Shown here one piece after another: positions 41,554 to 52,521 of a stretch of 64,000 nt of DNA; position 1 is the stretch's first letter; each line of letters opens with the position of its first letter. Made by a program: the position numbers and the translations under genes. Origin of the DNA: an uncultured Gemmatimonadales bacterium (lineage in GTDB: Bacteria; Gemmatimonadota; Gemmatimonadetes; Gemmatimonadales; GWC2-71-9); NCBI GenBank assembly GCA_963842945.1, contig CAWJIM010000004.1:32001-96000 (forward strand), written 5' to 3'. The notes under the pieces were generated by a model. That model was not told where the DNA came from. It did no database searches and saw nothing but the letters and a program-made list of their open reading frames with translations.

Positions 41554-43108
41554 ATGACAACTGCAGTCAGGGAGGCAAGATTTGCCACCCTCCCCCGCAT
41601 CGCCGCCGGTTTCAAGCCGAGTATTCCAATTCGGGCCCGTTACGACAACTGGATCGGAGGCGAGTATGCGGCGCCGTTCCGGGGCCAGTACTTCGTCAAT
41701 CCCACACCGGTCACCGGGCAGCCGCTCTGTGAGGTGGCCCGCTCGACCCAGGAGGACGTCGACAGAGCGCTGGACGCGGCGCATGCGGCCGCGGATCAGC
41801 TGGAACGGCACGTCGCCCGCCTACCGGGCGAACATCCTCAACCGGATCGCCGACCGGATCGAGGCCAACATCGAGACCCTCGCATTCATCGAGACCATCG
41901 ACAACGGCAAACCGATCCGCGAGACCACCGCGGCCGACCTCCCGCTGGCGGTGGATCACTTCCGCTACTTCGCCGGCTGCATCCGGGCGCAGGAGGGCGG
42001 GCTCTCCCAACTGGACGAAGACACCGTAGCCTATCACTTCCACGAGCCGCTCGGCGTGGTCGCCCAGATCATTCCCTGGAACTTCCCGCTCCTGATGGCC
42101 ACCTGGAAGCTGGCGCCAGCGCTCGCGGCCGGAAACTGCGTGGTCCTGAAACCCGCGGAACAGACCCCGGTTTCGATCATGGCTCTGATGGAGCTGATCG
42201 CCGACATCCTGCCGAGCGGAGTGGTCAACGTGGTGCAGGGCTTCGGGGTCGAGGCGGGTAAGCCGCTGGCGTCGAGCCCGCGGGTGGCTAAGGTCGCTTT
42301 CACCGGTGAGACCACCACCGGCCGGCTGATCATGCAGTACGCCTCGGAGAACCTGATCCCGGTCACCCTGGAGCTGGGCGGCAAGTCGCCCAACATCTTC
42401 TTCGCCGACGTGATGGACGCCGACGACGACTTCTTCGACAAGGCGCTCGAAGGTTTCGCGATGTTCGCCTTCAACCAGGGCGAGGTCTGCACCTGCCCGT
42501 CGCGGGCCCTGGTGCAGGAGTCGATCTATGACCGGTTCATGGAGCGGGCGGTCGCCCGGGTGAAGCAGATCGTCGAAGGGAACCCACTCGACCCGAAGAC
42601 CATGATCGGGGCCCAGGCCAGCAACGACCAGCTGGAGAAGATCCTGAGCTACATCGAGATCGGGAAGAAGGAAGGGGCTCGGGTCCTGACCGGCGGTGCG
42701 CGCAGGGTCCACCAGGGCGAGCTGGAGGACGGCTACTACGTCCAGCCCACGATCTTCGAGGGCAACAACCGAATGCGGATCTTCCAGGAAGAGATCTTCG
42801 GGCCGGTGCTCGCGGTCACCAAGTTCAAGGACCTCGACGACGCGCTCTCGATCGCGAATGACACCTTGTATGGTCTGGGTGCCGGCGTGTGGAGCCGGAA
42901 CATCAACACCTGCTATCGCGTGGGGCGCGGCATCAAGGCGGGCCGGGTTTGGACCAACTGCTATCACGCCTACCCGGCGCACGCGGCGTTCGGAGGCTAC
43001 AAGCAGAGCGGCATCGGACGTGAGAACCACAAGATGATGCTGGAGCACTATCAGCAGACCAAGAACCTCCTGGTAAGCTACAGCCCGAAGAAGCTGGGGT
43101 TCTTTTGA
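41554..43108 (+). CDS. aldB: NAD-dependent (acet)aldehyde dehydrogenase, AldB/ExaC type; frameshift near 41800
   Basis: [50 protein letters not shown] and [10 protein letters not shown] motifs. Confidence 0.9.
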
Positions 43109-43489
43109 TGGAGAGCGTGGCCCGCGTCGCCATTACCGATGCGGCCGCGGCCGTGCTGCGCAAGCTGGAGGCGCAGCACGGTGCCTTGCTGTTCCACCAG
43201 TCGGGTGGCTGCTGCGACGGGAGCTCCCCGATGTGCTTTCCCCGGGGGGAGTTTCGAGTGGGAGAGCGGGACGTGTCCTGCTGGGGAGCTGGAGGGCACG
43301 CCCTTCTATATAGGAGGGCAACAGTACGAGGTCTGGAAGCACACCCAGCTGTTGATCGACGTGGTGCCCGGCTGCGGCAGCGGCTTTTCCCTCGAGGCTC
43401 CGCTCGGCGTCAGGTTCCTCACCCGATCCCGGGTGTTCGACCTGCGAGAATTAGCCTGGCTCGCGGCGTGCGGAGCTAGCCAACCGTAG
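43108..43489 (+). CDS. DUF779 family protein; frameshift near 43280
   Basis: LLFHQSGGCCDGSSPMCF and WKHTQLLIDVVPG.GSGFSLEAP motifs; usual neighbour of aldB. Confidence 0.9.
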
Positions 43490-45133
43490 CTACCTAGCGC
43501 ATTTCTTGGGCTTCGGACTATTACGCCGCTGAAATTCTCCGCCGGGTAGCCACTGCGGCATCGCAGAATCGTTTGCCACCGCGATCGCCACGTCGCGCAC
43601 ATACTCGGCGAACTGCTTGGACCCCTCGAGGTTCAATGGGTTGAGAGTCCCCCACTGGTCGCTCGGCTGGTGGTAGTGCTGCTCCAGATATTCCTTCACC
43701 TTCGCATCGACGAACTGCTTGGTTCCCTGCACCGGCTCTGTCCCCAGGGCCATGTAGAGCGACGGCACGCCGGCCCGGGCAAATGGATAATTGTCCGCCC
43801 GGAGAAAGAACCCCTCCTCCGGATAGGGATCCGGTGACAGCTTGAGCCCCATGTGCTCCGCCGTGTTCCGCGCGATCTGGCCCAGGGTGCTCAGCTCCAC
43901 CCCGAGCGGTGCCGCGTCTTTCTTGGGGCCGAGCAACTCGATGCCATCGTCGAGATTCAGGTTGGCGGCTATGCGGTCGAGCGGAATCGGCCCGGAGCAG
44001 ACGAAGGCGTAAGCTCCGAATAGTCCCCACTCTTCAGCGGTGGTGAAGAGAAACGTGAGAGCGCGTGACTGCGGATGCTGGGCAAACACGCGGGCCAGCG
44101 CGAGCAGCGCCGTCACCCCCGAGCCGTCATCCAGCGTGCCATTGTAGATCGAGTCGCCCTCGACCGGCTTGCCGATACCGTACGCATCCCAATGCGCACT
44201 GAGCACCACATGCTCCCGACACGGGCCTCCTCCCTGCCCGAGACGGTACCGATGAAACGTTGTGCGACGTCACCGTACTGGTCTGGGTGCGGAACTTGAC
44301 CCCGAGCTTCACTCCTAAAGGGACGGCGCGGAAGCCGGGCTTCTCCGCCGCCTTGAGCATCGCCGCCAGCGAGCCTGACTTGGGCGGCAGCAGCCGAGCC
44401 AGGGCGGTATCGGTGATGCCGCCGAGAAAACGAAGTCCATTGTCGTCCACGTCTGCCGCCAGATAGCGTCCGAATCGCACGGGGCCCTGGGCGAACGCGC
44501 CGTTGGGCCGAATCAGCAGCATGCCCACGGCACCCCGTCGCTCGAGGTCGGCCAGCTTGTCGCTGAACCAGGAGAAGCGGGACGCTCGCACCCCGTTGAA
44601 GCGGACGGTGTCGCCCGGAATGGTGGGCTCACCGAAGATCATGACCGCGATCTTGCCCTTGAGATCGGTCCCGGCGAAATCATTCCACTTGTACATCGGT
44701 GCGTCGATGCCGTAGCCGACGAACACCAGGTCACCCGCTGCCTCGACGTCCGGTCTTCGCCCAGCATTGACGAAGGTGACCTCCTTTCCCGGCGCGAGCT
44801 CGCCGGAGATCCGGCCGCTGAGCCGCGCCTGGACCGGAGGCGAGGCCGAGTCGGGCCGTTGAACCAGGAGCTCCACCGGCTGTAGCCAGCTGGGATTCGT
44901 GTCTCCCGGCGCGGGTGCGGCGCCGGGCTGGAGGCCGAAGCTCTGCAACTCGGAAATGAGGTAGGCGGTGGTGAGCTCTTCGCCCTTCTTTCCGGGATAC
45001 CGCCCCTCGAAGAGATCCGAGGAGAAAAACTTGAGCCGGGCGGCCAGCTCCTGGGTCGAGATCGCGAGCGAATCGGGTATCTGCGCGGACAGCTGGGGGA
45101 CCAGCAAGTTAGAGCCAGGCAAAGATGTATCAT
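43490..45133 (-). CDS. Exported M28 family peptidase with PA domain; frameshifted
   Basis: SSDLFEGR, LVFVGYGI, SAHWDAYG, IYNGTLDDGSG, TAEEWGL, RADNYPF and YHQPSD motifs. Confidence 0.87.
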
Positions 45134-45250
45134 TGGGAGTAAGGTCGAGGACCCCTAAGATAGCAGACGGATTTTTGAAACAGAATCCCCCCGTTCCAGG
45201 ATTCGAACTCTCTTGTTCCGTCGTTCCTCCCGTCCATCGTATCTTCCATT

Positions 45251-46530
45251 ATGCCCAACCCGGGAAAGCAGGTCCAGCGCACCTACCTGTTGCTCACCCT
45301 GCTCTCCACGCTCTCCGCTTCCTTCATCTGGGGCATCAACACCCTCTTCCTTCTCGACGCCGGGCTCAGCAACGTCGAGGCGTTCGCGGCGAATGCGTTC
45401 TTCACCGGAAGGCATGGTGCTGTTCGAGGCGCCCACCGGCGTGGTGGCCGACACCTGGGGCCGCCGCACGTCGTACCTCCTCGGCGCCGGGGACGCTGCT
45501 CGTCTCCACCCTGATCTACCTCTGGCATGTGGCATACCCGTGCGGCCCTCCCCGGTTGGGCCATCGCATCCATCCTCTCGGGCTCGGCTTCACCTTCTTC
45601 TCCGGTGCAACCGAGGCCTGGCTGGTTGACGCGCTCACCTTCGCCGGCGTGGAGAGACACCTTCAAGTCGGTGCTGGCCCGGGGCCAGGTGGTGGGCGGT
45701 GCCGCGATGCTGGGCGGCTCGGCTGACGGGCGGTTTCGTCGCGCAGACGACCAATCTGGGCGCGCCCTACATCATGCGCTCCGTCACTCTCGCCTCACCC
45801 TGCTGGCCGCATTCATCTGGATGAAGGATCTCGGCTTCACCCCCAACCGCCGGGGTGGCATGGTCAAGGAAGTGCGGCAGACACTCTCGGGTCTCGATCG
45901 AAGAGCGGATGGTGGCAATCCGCCGGTGCGCTGGCTCATGCTGGCAGCAGTCTTTGCAGGCGGAGTCAGTATCTACGGCTTCTACGCCTTGCAGCCCTAC
46001 CTGCTCCAGCTGTACGGCAACCCCAATGCTTTCGCGGTCGCTTCCTTGTCCGCGGCGATCGTAGCCGGCACCCAAATGTTGGCCGGAGTTTTGGTGCCCC
46101 GTCTCGGCCGGGATTCCGCCGCCGCAGCGGCGCACTAACTGCCACTTACCTGACCAGCACGCTGTGCCTGCTCGCCCTGGGACTGAACCGGAACTTTGCC
46201 CTGGCGGTGGCGCTGGTCGTGATTTGGGGACTGAGCTTCGCGCTCGGCATGCCCATCCGCCAGACCTACATCAACGGCATCATACCCAGCCAGCAGCGGG
46301 CGACGGTGCTCTCATTCGACAACCTGATGAGCTCGGCCGGAGGCGTAGCAGGCCAGCCGGCGCTGGGGCGGGTGGCCGATGTCTATGGTTACGCCCGATC
46401 GTACCTGGTGTGTGCGGCGATCCAGGCGGTGGCGGTGCCGTTCCTGATGCTGGCCCGGCGGGAAAAAGTGGCGTCGGATGTGATAGAGGCGGAGAGACGG
46501 AGGGGCGGAGAGGCGGAGCCTGGCCAGTAG
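45251..46530 (+). CDS. MFS transporter; multiple frameshifts
   Basis: SFIWGINTLFLLDAGLS, FEAPTGVVADTWGRR, FFSGATEAWLVDAL and IPSQQRATVLSFD motifs. Confidence 0.82.
46486..46517 (+). repeat. Degenerate octamer repeat (GAGGCGGA) x4
   Basis: GAGGCGGA GAGACGGA GGGGCGGA GAGGCGGA in the last codons of the MFS gene. Confidence 0.65.
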
Positions 46531-46570
46531 GCATCACCTACCGACGTTCCGCGTTCCTACGTTCCGCCAG

Positions 46571-47451
46571 CTACACAGTCGGCAGCTCCGCTGCGCGGGC
46601 CCAAGGCCTGAGATCCATTCCGAAATCCTGTTTCATTCTCTGATACCATGCGTCGTCGTCCAGCGCCCCCCAGGCGACCCACTCCTCGTCGTTCAGGCTC
46701 TTGCGCCAGTCGAGAAAGGCCGCGGCATCGGGACCGGCGGGATGCCGGAGCTGCCAGCTGTCGCTCTCGGCGATCTCTAGGATTTTCTGGCCCACCATCG
46801 AGGCCGGACGCCCGGTCTGGAGGCTGGCGGTGAAGAGGGCGGCGAAGCGCTGCTGGTGGGGATATAAGGACGTGCTCTGGTGGTCGGCGATACAGCTGAG
46901 CAGCGCGAGTGTCGATGATCCCGGGTTCCACCACGGCGACGCGAATGTTGAACGGCTTCAGCTCCTGGGCCAGGCCTTCGCTCAGCTCTCGAGGGCAGAC
47001 TTCCGCGGCGGGGTACGGCGTCATCGGGGCCATGGCGATCCGGCCCGCGATGGAGACGACGTTGATGATGCAGCCGCTCCGCCGTTCCCGCATCCCGGGA
47101 GCACCGCCTGGATGCAACGAATCACCCCGAAGTAGTTGGTCTCCATCACCGCGCGGAACACACCGAGCGGGGCTCCTCCACCGACCCGGTCGGTGCGATC
47201 CGGCGTTGTTGACCAGCACGTCGATCGGTCCGCTCTCCCGGACGATCCGCGCCATCCCGTCGCGGACCGAGGAATCGGTGTCCACGTCCATCGGGACACT
47301 GAGATCGAAAGCTCTCCCGCTCCACGGCTTCCGGAGCCGCCGCCCCGGCCAGATCGCGCATCGTGGCATCCACCTAACCGGCCCGCCCAACGCAAGCGCC
47401 GTCGCCAGGCCGATGCCGGTGTTGCTCCCGGTGATCAGGACTGGACGCCAT
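46571..47451 (-). CDS. SDR family oxidoreductase; multiple frameshifts
   Basis: VLITGSNTGIG, IDVLVNNAG, METNYFG, IINVVS and VAVVEPG motifs. Confidence 0.82.
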
Positions 47452-47675
47452 GGCGAGACCCTCCGGGTCGATGGTCTGGCTCGATTCGGTGACACAATCT
47501 TTCAAAGGATGCGCACTAGCTTGCAGCACCGGCCGAGGTCCGTCAACGGCTGAACGGACCACGGAACCGTGGTCCAGCGGACCGCGGACACTCAAGAGCC
47601 CGGCCGGTAAGTCGCGCGATCGGGTCAGCCAACCCCACCTCGCCGTTCCCCCTGGCAACCGGTATACTCTAGCAA

Positions 47676-48747
47676 ATGCGACTCATAATCCTCCTGGCCG
47701 CTGCCCTGGGCTTCACCCTGGGGTGCGGGGACAACGGCACCGGACCGGGTGCGCTCCCGGATCGAGACGGCGCCCGGCTCGCCGGGCAACTCGACGGCCT
47801 GGCCGACTCGGTGGACGCCGGCGGATACTCGCCTGCCGCCGAGGCGTTGCGTCACGCCGCCGAGATCGTGCGACTCACCGGCCACGCCACGTCGGTCAGA
47901 CTGAGCGTCGACGGAGTCGCCAAGGATTTTTTAGGGGTGGGCGAACAGATCGACTTTCCCAACCTGGTGTGCACCTGGCCTACCGACAGCGGCGTCGCTC
48001 CACCACCGGATTCCACCGTTGTTCCGCCCTTCGACACGACAGGCGTGTTCCCACCGCTGCCACCCGATTCAATCGATTTTCCGCCGATCGATAGCGGCGT
48101 GCTCCCTCCCATGCCTCCCATGCCTCCGATCCCGGTCGACAGCGGCGTGATAAGCCCTCCGCCACTTCCCGAGTGTCACGAGGAGGGGAGCTTCTCGTTG
48201 TGTACGCTCATCGCCTGGGAGCCGGAGCGTCTCAATGAGGTGGTCCGGCTGGTGGCATACATCGGCTCCAGCGGAGTCGAGCCCGGCGTGCCTGACGTCA
48301 TGACCAGCCTCCCTTCGGGTTCTAGCAATCCTTCTCCGCCGACCGCACCTCCCGATTCCGGCAGCGGCAGCGGCGGCGAGCCCGGCGGATACCCCGGGTT
48401 CATGGGCGAGTATCTGGTGCGTGGACGTGGGCAGCTGGTTTGCGGTGGAGGGAACGCAGACCAACGACATCGTGCAGGCGGGCGGTCACTGCACCGCCGA
48501 TCGGGCGACCTTCGACTGGGCCCAGTTCGATTGCGCCGCGGCGCGGTACCGCTTCGAGTTCTCGATGAAGGTGGAGCCGGCCCGATACGGTCCGCCTACC
48601 GGCGTGGGCGAGCTCACCGGGCAACCGGAGGGTACCCACACCCTGACGATGAGCTCCACGGAACTGGATGGAGTAAGGCTCACCTGGCGGGCATGGACTT
48701 CACCTCCTCCGCCGTCGCCGCGGGATACGGTGGTGGCGATGGAGTAA
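47676..48747 (+). CDS. Hypothetical lipoprotein with Pro/DS-rich repeats; frameshift near 48420
   Basis: Lipobox TLGC; repeated DSGV..PP segments; C-terminus continues in ORF 48421..48747. Confidence 0.65.
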
Positions 48748-48774
48748 CACCCGTAGCTCTCGCCGAGACATTCC

Positions 48775-50404
48775 GTGATCCACTACCGTGTAACAGTGCT
48801 CGCCGCCGCGCTCTTCACCCTCTCGCGCAGGCCGGAAGGGTTCACGCCCAGGAGCACGACCACCAGCACGAGCTCGGAGAACTCGGACGAGTCGTTTTCC
48901 CGGTCTCCTGCACCCCGCAGGCCGCGGCGCTTCGAGCATGCTCTGGCCGGGCTCCATTCCTTCTGGTTCGAGGAGGGGTCGCGCGCCTTCGGTGCGGTCC
49001 TCGAGGCCGATCCGCGCTGCGCCATGGCCCACTGGGGACTCGCGCTCAATGCGTGGGGCAATCCGTTCGCAGGGGGCCCGTCGGGCGATGCCCTGCTGAA
49101 GGCCGCCCGCGAGGCCGAGCTGGCGTCGGCCCGGCCGGCCGGAAGCGCACGGGAGCAGGGGTTCATTTCGGCGACCGCGGCGCTCTATCGCAACACCGCG
49201 GATGTTTCGAATGCCTTGCGGCTACAGGCCTACGCCGACACCATGGCACGCCTCTACCGGGAACATCCCCGGATCTCGAGGTCGCCATCTATTACGCCCT
49301 GGCGCAGCTCGCTACGGCCCCGCGCACCGACACGACTTTCGCCCAACAGAAGCGGGCCATCGCCATTCTCGATCCGCTCTACGCTCGTTATCCCAACCAT
49401 CCCGGCCTGGCGCACTACATCATCCACTCAACCGACTCTCCACGGCTGGCGGCACTGGGCCTCGAAGCCGCCCGGCGGTATGCCAGCATCGCCCCTGCTG
49501 CGCCGCATGCTCAGCACATGCCGTCACATATTTTCGTGCGACTCGGGCTCTGGGACGAGAGCGGTGGCCACCAACTGGAAGTCCTACAACTCAGGTGTCG
49601 CTCATGCCCGAGCGACGGGACCCTGGACGACATCGGCGAAGGAGATCCACGCGCTGGACTACGCCGTCTATGGCTATCTCCAACGGGGGCAGGACTCAGC
49701 CGCACGAGCGGCGGTAGCCATGGCCCAGGCGGCGAAAGTTTCCCGGCCGTCAACGTGCTGATCGGCCAGTACAACCGCACTGCCATGGCCGCACGCATCC
49801 CTCTGGAACGGGGTGACTGGGCCGCCGCCGCGACCTTCCCTGCTCCTGGACTCTCCGGGACCGTGCCCGCCGCTCTCAGCCGGTTCACCCGTGCGATCGG
49901 AGCCGCCCGAGGTGGGCGGGCGGACGCGCGCGGTCGGAGGTGGAGGAGCTCGATTCGATCGCGCGCGATCTGACCATCGGGGAGACGCGTATTGGGCCCG
50001 GGTCGTCGGCATCAAGCGGGATGCGGCGGCCGCGTGGGTGCAGTTCGCCGCCGGAGACACGAGCGGTGCGTTAGCACGCGCGAGCCGCTGCCGATACCGA
50101 GGAGGTGACTGACAAGCACCCGGTAACTCCGGCCGAGCTGCTGCCGGCACGCGAGCTCCTGGGCGATATGCTCCTGGAGGGGGACGGTACCCCGAGGCTC
50201 GCGCCGCATACAGGCAACGCTTCTCCGCGAGACTGGCCGGGCCCGGAGTATCTTCGGAGCCGCCCGTGCGGCGGAGCTCGCCGGCAACCGTGCGGCGGCC
50301 ACCGAAGGGTATCGCCAGTTTCTGAAGCTCATGGCAAAGCCGATGGGGGCCGCCCCGAGCTGGCCACGGCAAGGAAATACCTAAAGACGTTCTCCAGCTA
50401 CTGA
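48775..50404 (+). CDS. Exported TPR-like helical protein; multiple frameshifts
   Basis: LGRVVFPVSC, LHSFWFE, DPRCAMAHWG, PNHPGLAHYIIH, APHAQHMPSHIF and HALDYAVYGYLQ motifs. Confidence 0.78.
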
Positions 50405-51276
50405 CCGGTCGAGTCGGACTCCGCTTCTCCAGTCTGCTGCGCCTGACCCGCACCCATCTCCCGGAGTTCGGCCCCGGCCTGGGCACTGGCCAGGTACCGG
50501 ACCGCATCTTTTGCCATGGTGGCGGGCCGGGCCACCTTTTCGGATCCGAGGATTGGTTCTTGAGCGCCCACACGTTGGTGATGAAATCGGCGTCCTTGGG
50601 TTCAGTCTTCTTCCAGCTCACGCCCTTGGGCATGACACCCGATGCCGGCGGCATCGGACCGTTCAGGGTGACCTTCTTGGCGACCAGGGTCACCCCTTGG
50701 CTGGGATCGACCCACCGGAGCATGACCATGGGAGCCCCCGGCATGACGCAAGCACTGCCCTTCTTCATCTTGTAGACGTTGCACTTCTGGCCGGCGATGG
50801 TCTCCGAACCAGCCTGCTCCCCGAAGACGGGTGACGTACGCGTCGGCGTCGCTCCCGCCGCCGAGCTCAGTGGCCAGCCTGAGATTCTCCCGGAACCGTG
50901 CCTTGCCGGATGCATCGAGTGCGGCATACTCTCGGGCGAGGTGAGGCCTTAATAAGGCGCTCACCTCACCCGCCTCCTGGCCGCCCATTTTGTTGTAGGT
51001 GTACTGGGAGTCTTTCGTCGCGACCACGAAGGAGCGGAGGGTGTCCTTCTTTCCAGACGCCTCCAACGGCATGACCATCCTCATGATCATCTGGTCCGCC
51101 GCGACTCCCAACTCAGAGGTAGGGGCCGCGCCGGGCTGCTGCTTCTGGGCGCTCACCTCGTATACGATATAGGCGGTTTTGACCGAGCCGCCGGTAAGGG
51201 CAAAGGGATTGTCCTGGGCTGCAACTGAGCCGGGCAAGAGCAGCGCGAGAATCGCTGCTCGGCGCGGAGTAAGCAT
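50398..51276 (-). CDS. Exported hypothetical protein; frameshifted
   Basis: Signal peptide ...VAAQ; GSETIAGQKCNVY motif; AGGAG SD. Confidence 0.6.
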
Positions 51277-51414
51277 CGAAATGACTCCTGGAAACGGGGA
51301 AATTGAAACGGGGACACTAAGATCGTCACACCGGAGCCCGGCGCGCCAGGGGGGAATTGTCGAGCGCCGCAGTCTCGCAGTATGTTGGGGTTCTTCTGAG
51401 ACACGGAGCGCGCA

Positions 51415-51995
51415 ATGAAAACGACCTCTTTACCCCTCACTGTATCTCATCGTGGCTCTGCCGGCGGTTCTCGCTGCCCAGAAAACCCCTCGATATCGGT
51501 ACCGTGGCACCAGGCTTCACCATGAATGGCGCCACCCGTTACGGCGTCCTCGCCCGCCCCATCCATCTCTCCGATTTCAAGGGCAAGACCGTTGTCCTGG
51601 CGTTCTTCTACAAGGCCCGAACCAGCGGCTGAACCGTCCAAATGAACGCGTACCGTGATCAGTACGCGAAGCTCTTCAAGAACGGCCGCAACGTGGTGCT
51701 CATCGCGATCAGCGCCGACCCCGACACCGCCCTCGCTTCCTGGGCACGGGACTCGGAGTTCCCGTTTCTGTTCGCGAGCGATACCGGGACGGCCGTCGCC
51801 AAGCGATACGGCGCCCTTGCCGACAAGCCGGGCATGACCAACCGCAACCTGTTCGTGGTGGGACCGGATGGGAGGATCGCCTACCGGGCGACTCCGTTCC
51901 GGGAAGTCGATCCGACGGCCTATACCGAGCTGGGAGCAGCGATTCAGAAGGCGGCAGGACCGAACGCCGTTGAGGGAAAAAATAACCGCTGCTGA
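51415..51995 (+). CDS. BCP/PrxQ-like peroxiredoxin with in-frame UGA (candidate selenocysteine) at the peroxidatic site; 5' end has indels
   Basis: APGFT..LSDFKGKTVVLAFFYKARTSG-TGA(51630-32)-TVQMNAYRD..IAISAD..FPFLFASD..RNLFVVGPDGRI; ORFs 51357..51632 and 51642..51995 are in the same frame. Confidence 0.85.
51643..51678 (+). other. Candidate bacterial SECIS hairpin
   Basis: Stem CGCGTAC (51647-53)/GTACGCG (51662-68); loop CGTGATCA with G at position 2 followed by U; 21 nt between UGA and loop; lower pairing TGAA/TTCA. Confidence 0.65.
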
Positions 51996-52027
51996 TGTGG
52001 AGCTGATGGTGAGAAGAAACCGGTATT

Positions 52028-52521
52028 TTACCGGGCCGTGATGGTTGGCATCGAATAAAACCCTCCCAGAATCGCGCCATAGATCAGGTGCGCGAACAGC
52101 ACCGAGATCGGCGTCTGGTAGCCGTAGTTGAGCGCCAGGAATCCGGGCGGCTCGAGCTGGCGGGTCACGGTCGGGCCCTGCTGCTCGCTGGCCATGCGCG
52201 GGATGCAGGCTCGGCAGCAGGCTCACACCGACGGTCAGCACGAACGAGCGCCTGCACCAGCCCGATGCGCCGCGCCGGGCCACCAGGTGGCCCGGCCCCA
52301 GACGTGAAACGCGGCGACGTAGACCAGCGAGAAGATCCAGCCGTTCACCAGGTGGACAGGAAGCCGACCAGCTTGGCCCGCTCGCGGTTGGGGGTGAAGA
52401 TCGTGCCCAGCATGTAGGGGAGATTCATGCGGGTGAGGCCGAGCCCCTGGCTGCCGGCCAGCACCGTGGTGAGCGCCAGCGTCGCCACGAAGCCCCAGAG
52501 CAGCCAGGCTCTCCAGTTCAT
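52028..52521 (-). CDS. Membrane protein coupled to the GH15 gene; frameshifted
   Basis: [42 protein letters not shown] and HLIYGAILG segments. Confidence 0.72.

Noticed and set aside
47537..47590. Overlapping hairpins (GGTCCGT/ACGGACC, GGACCACGG/CCGTGGTCC) upstream of the SDR
   Set aside because: Short GC-rich stems with no U-tract or known motif; not distinguishable from background.
47676..49973. 765-aa ORF as a single protein
   Set aside because: It is a chimera created by indels joining the lipoprotein N-terminus, off-frame sequence and parts of the TPR-like gene.
34551..51995. Functional selenium link between SBP56 and the UGA-peroxiredoxin
   Set aside because: The genes are 15 kb apart, and SBP56 proteins are not Sec-containing and not part of Sec synthesis.
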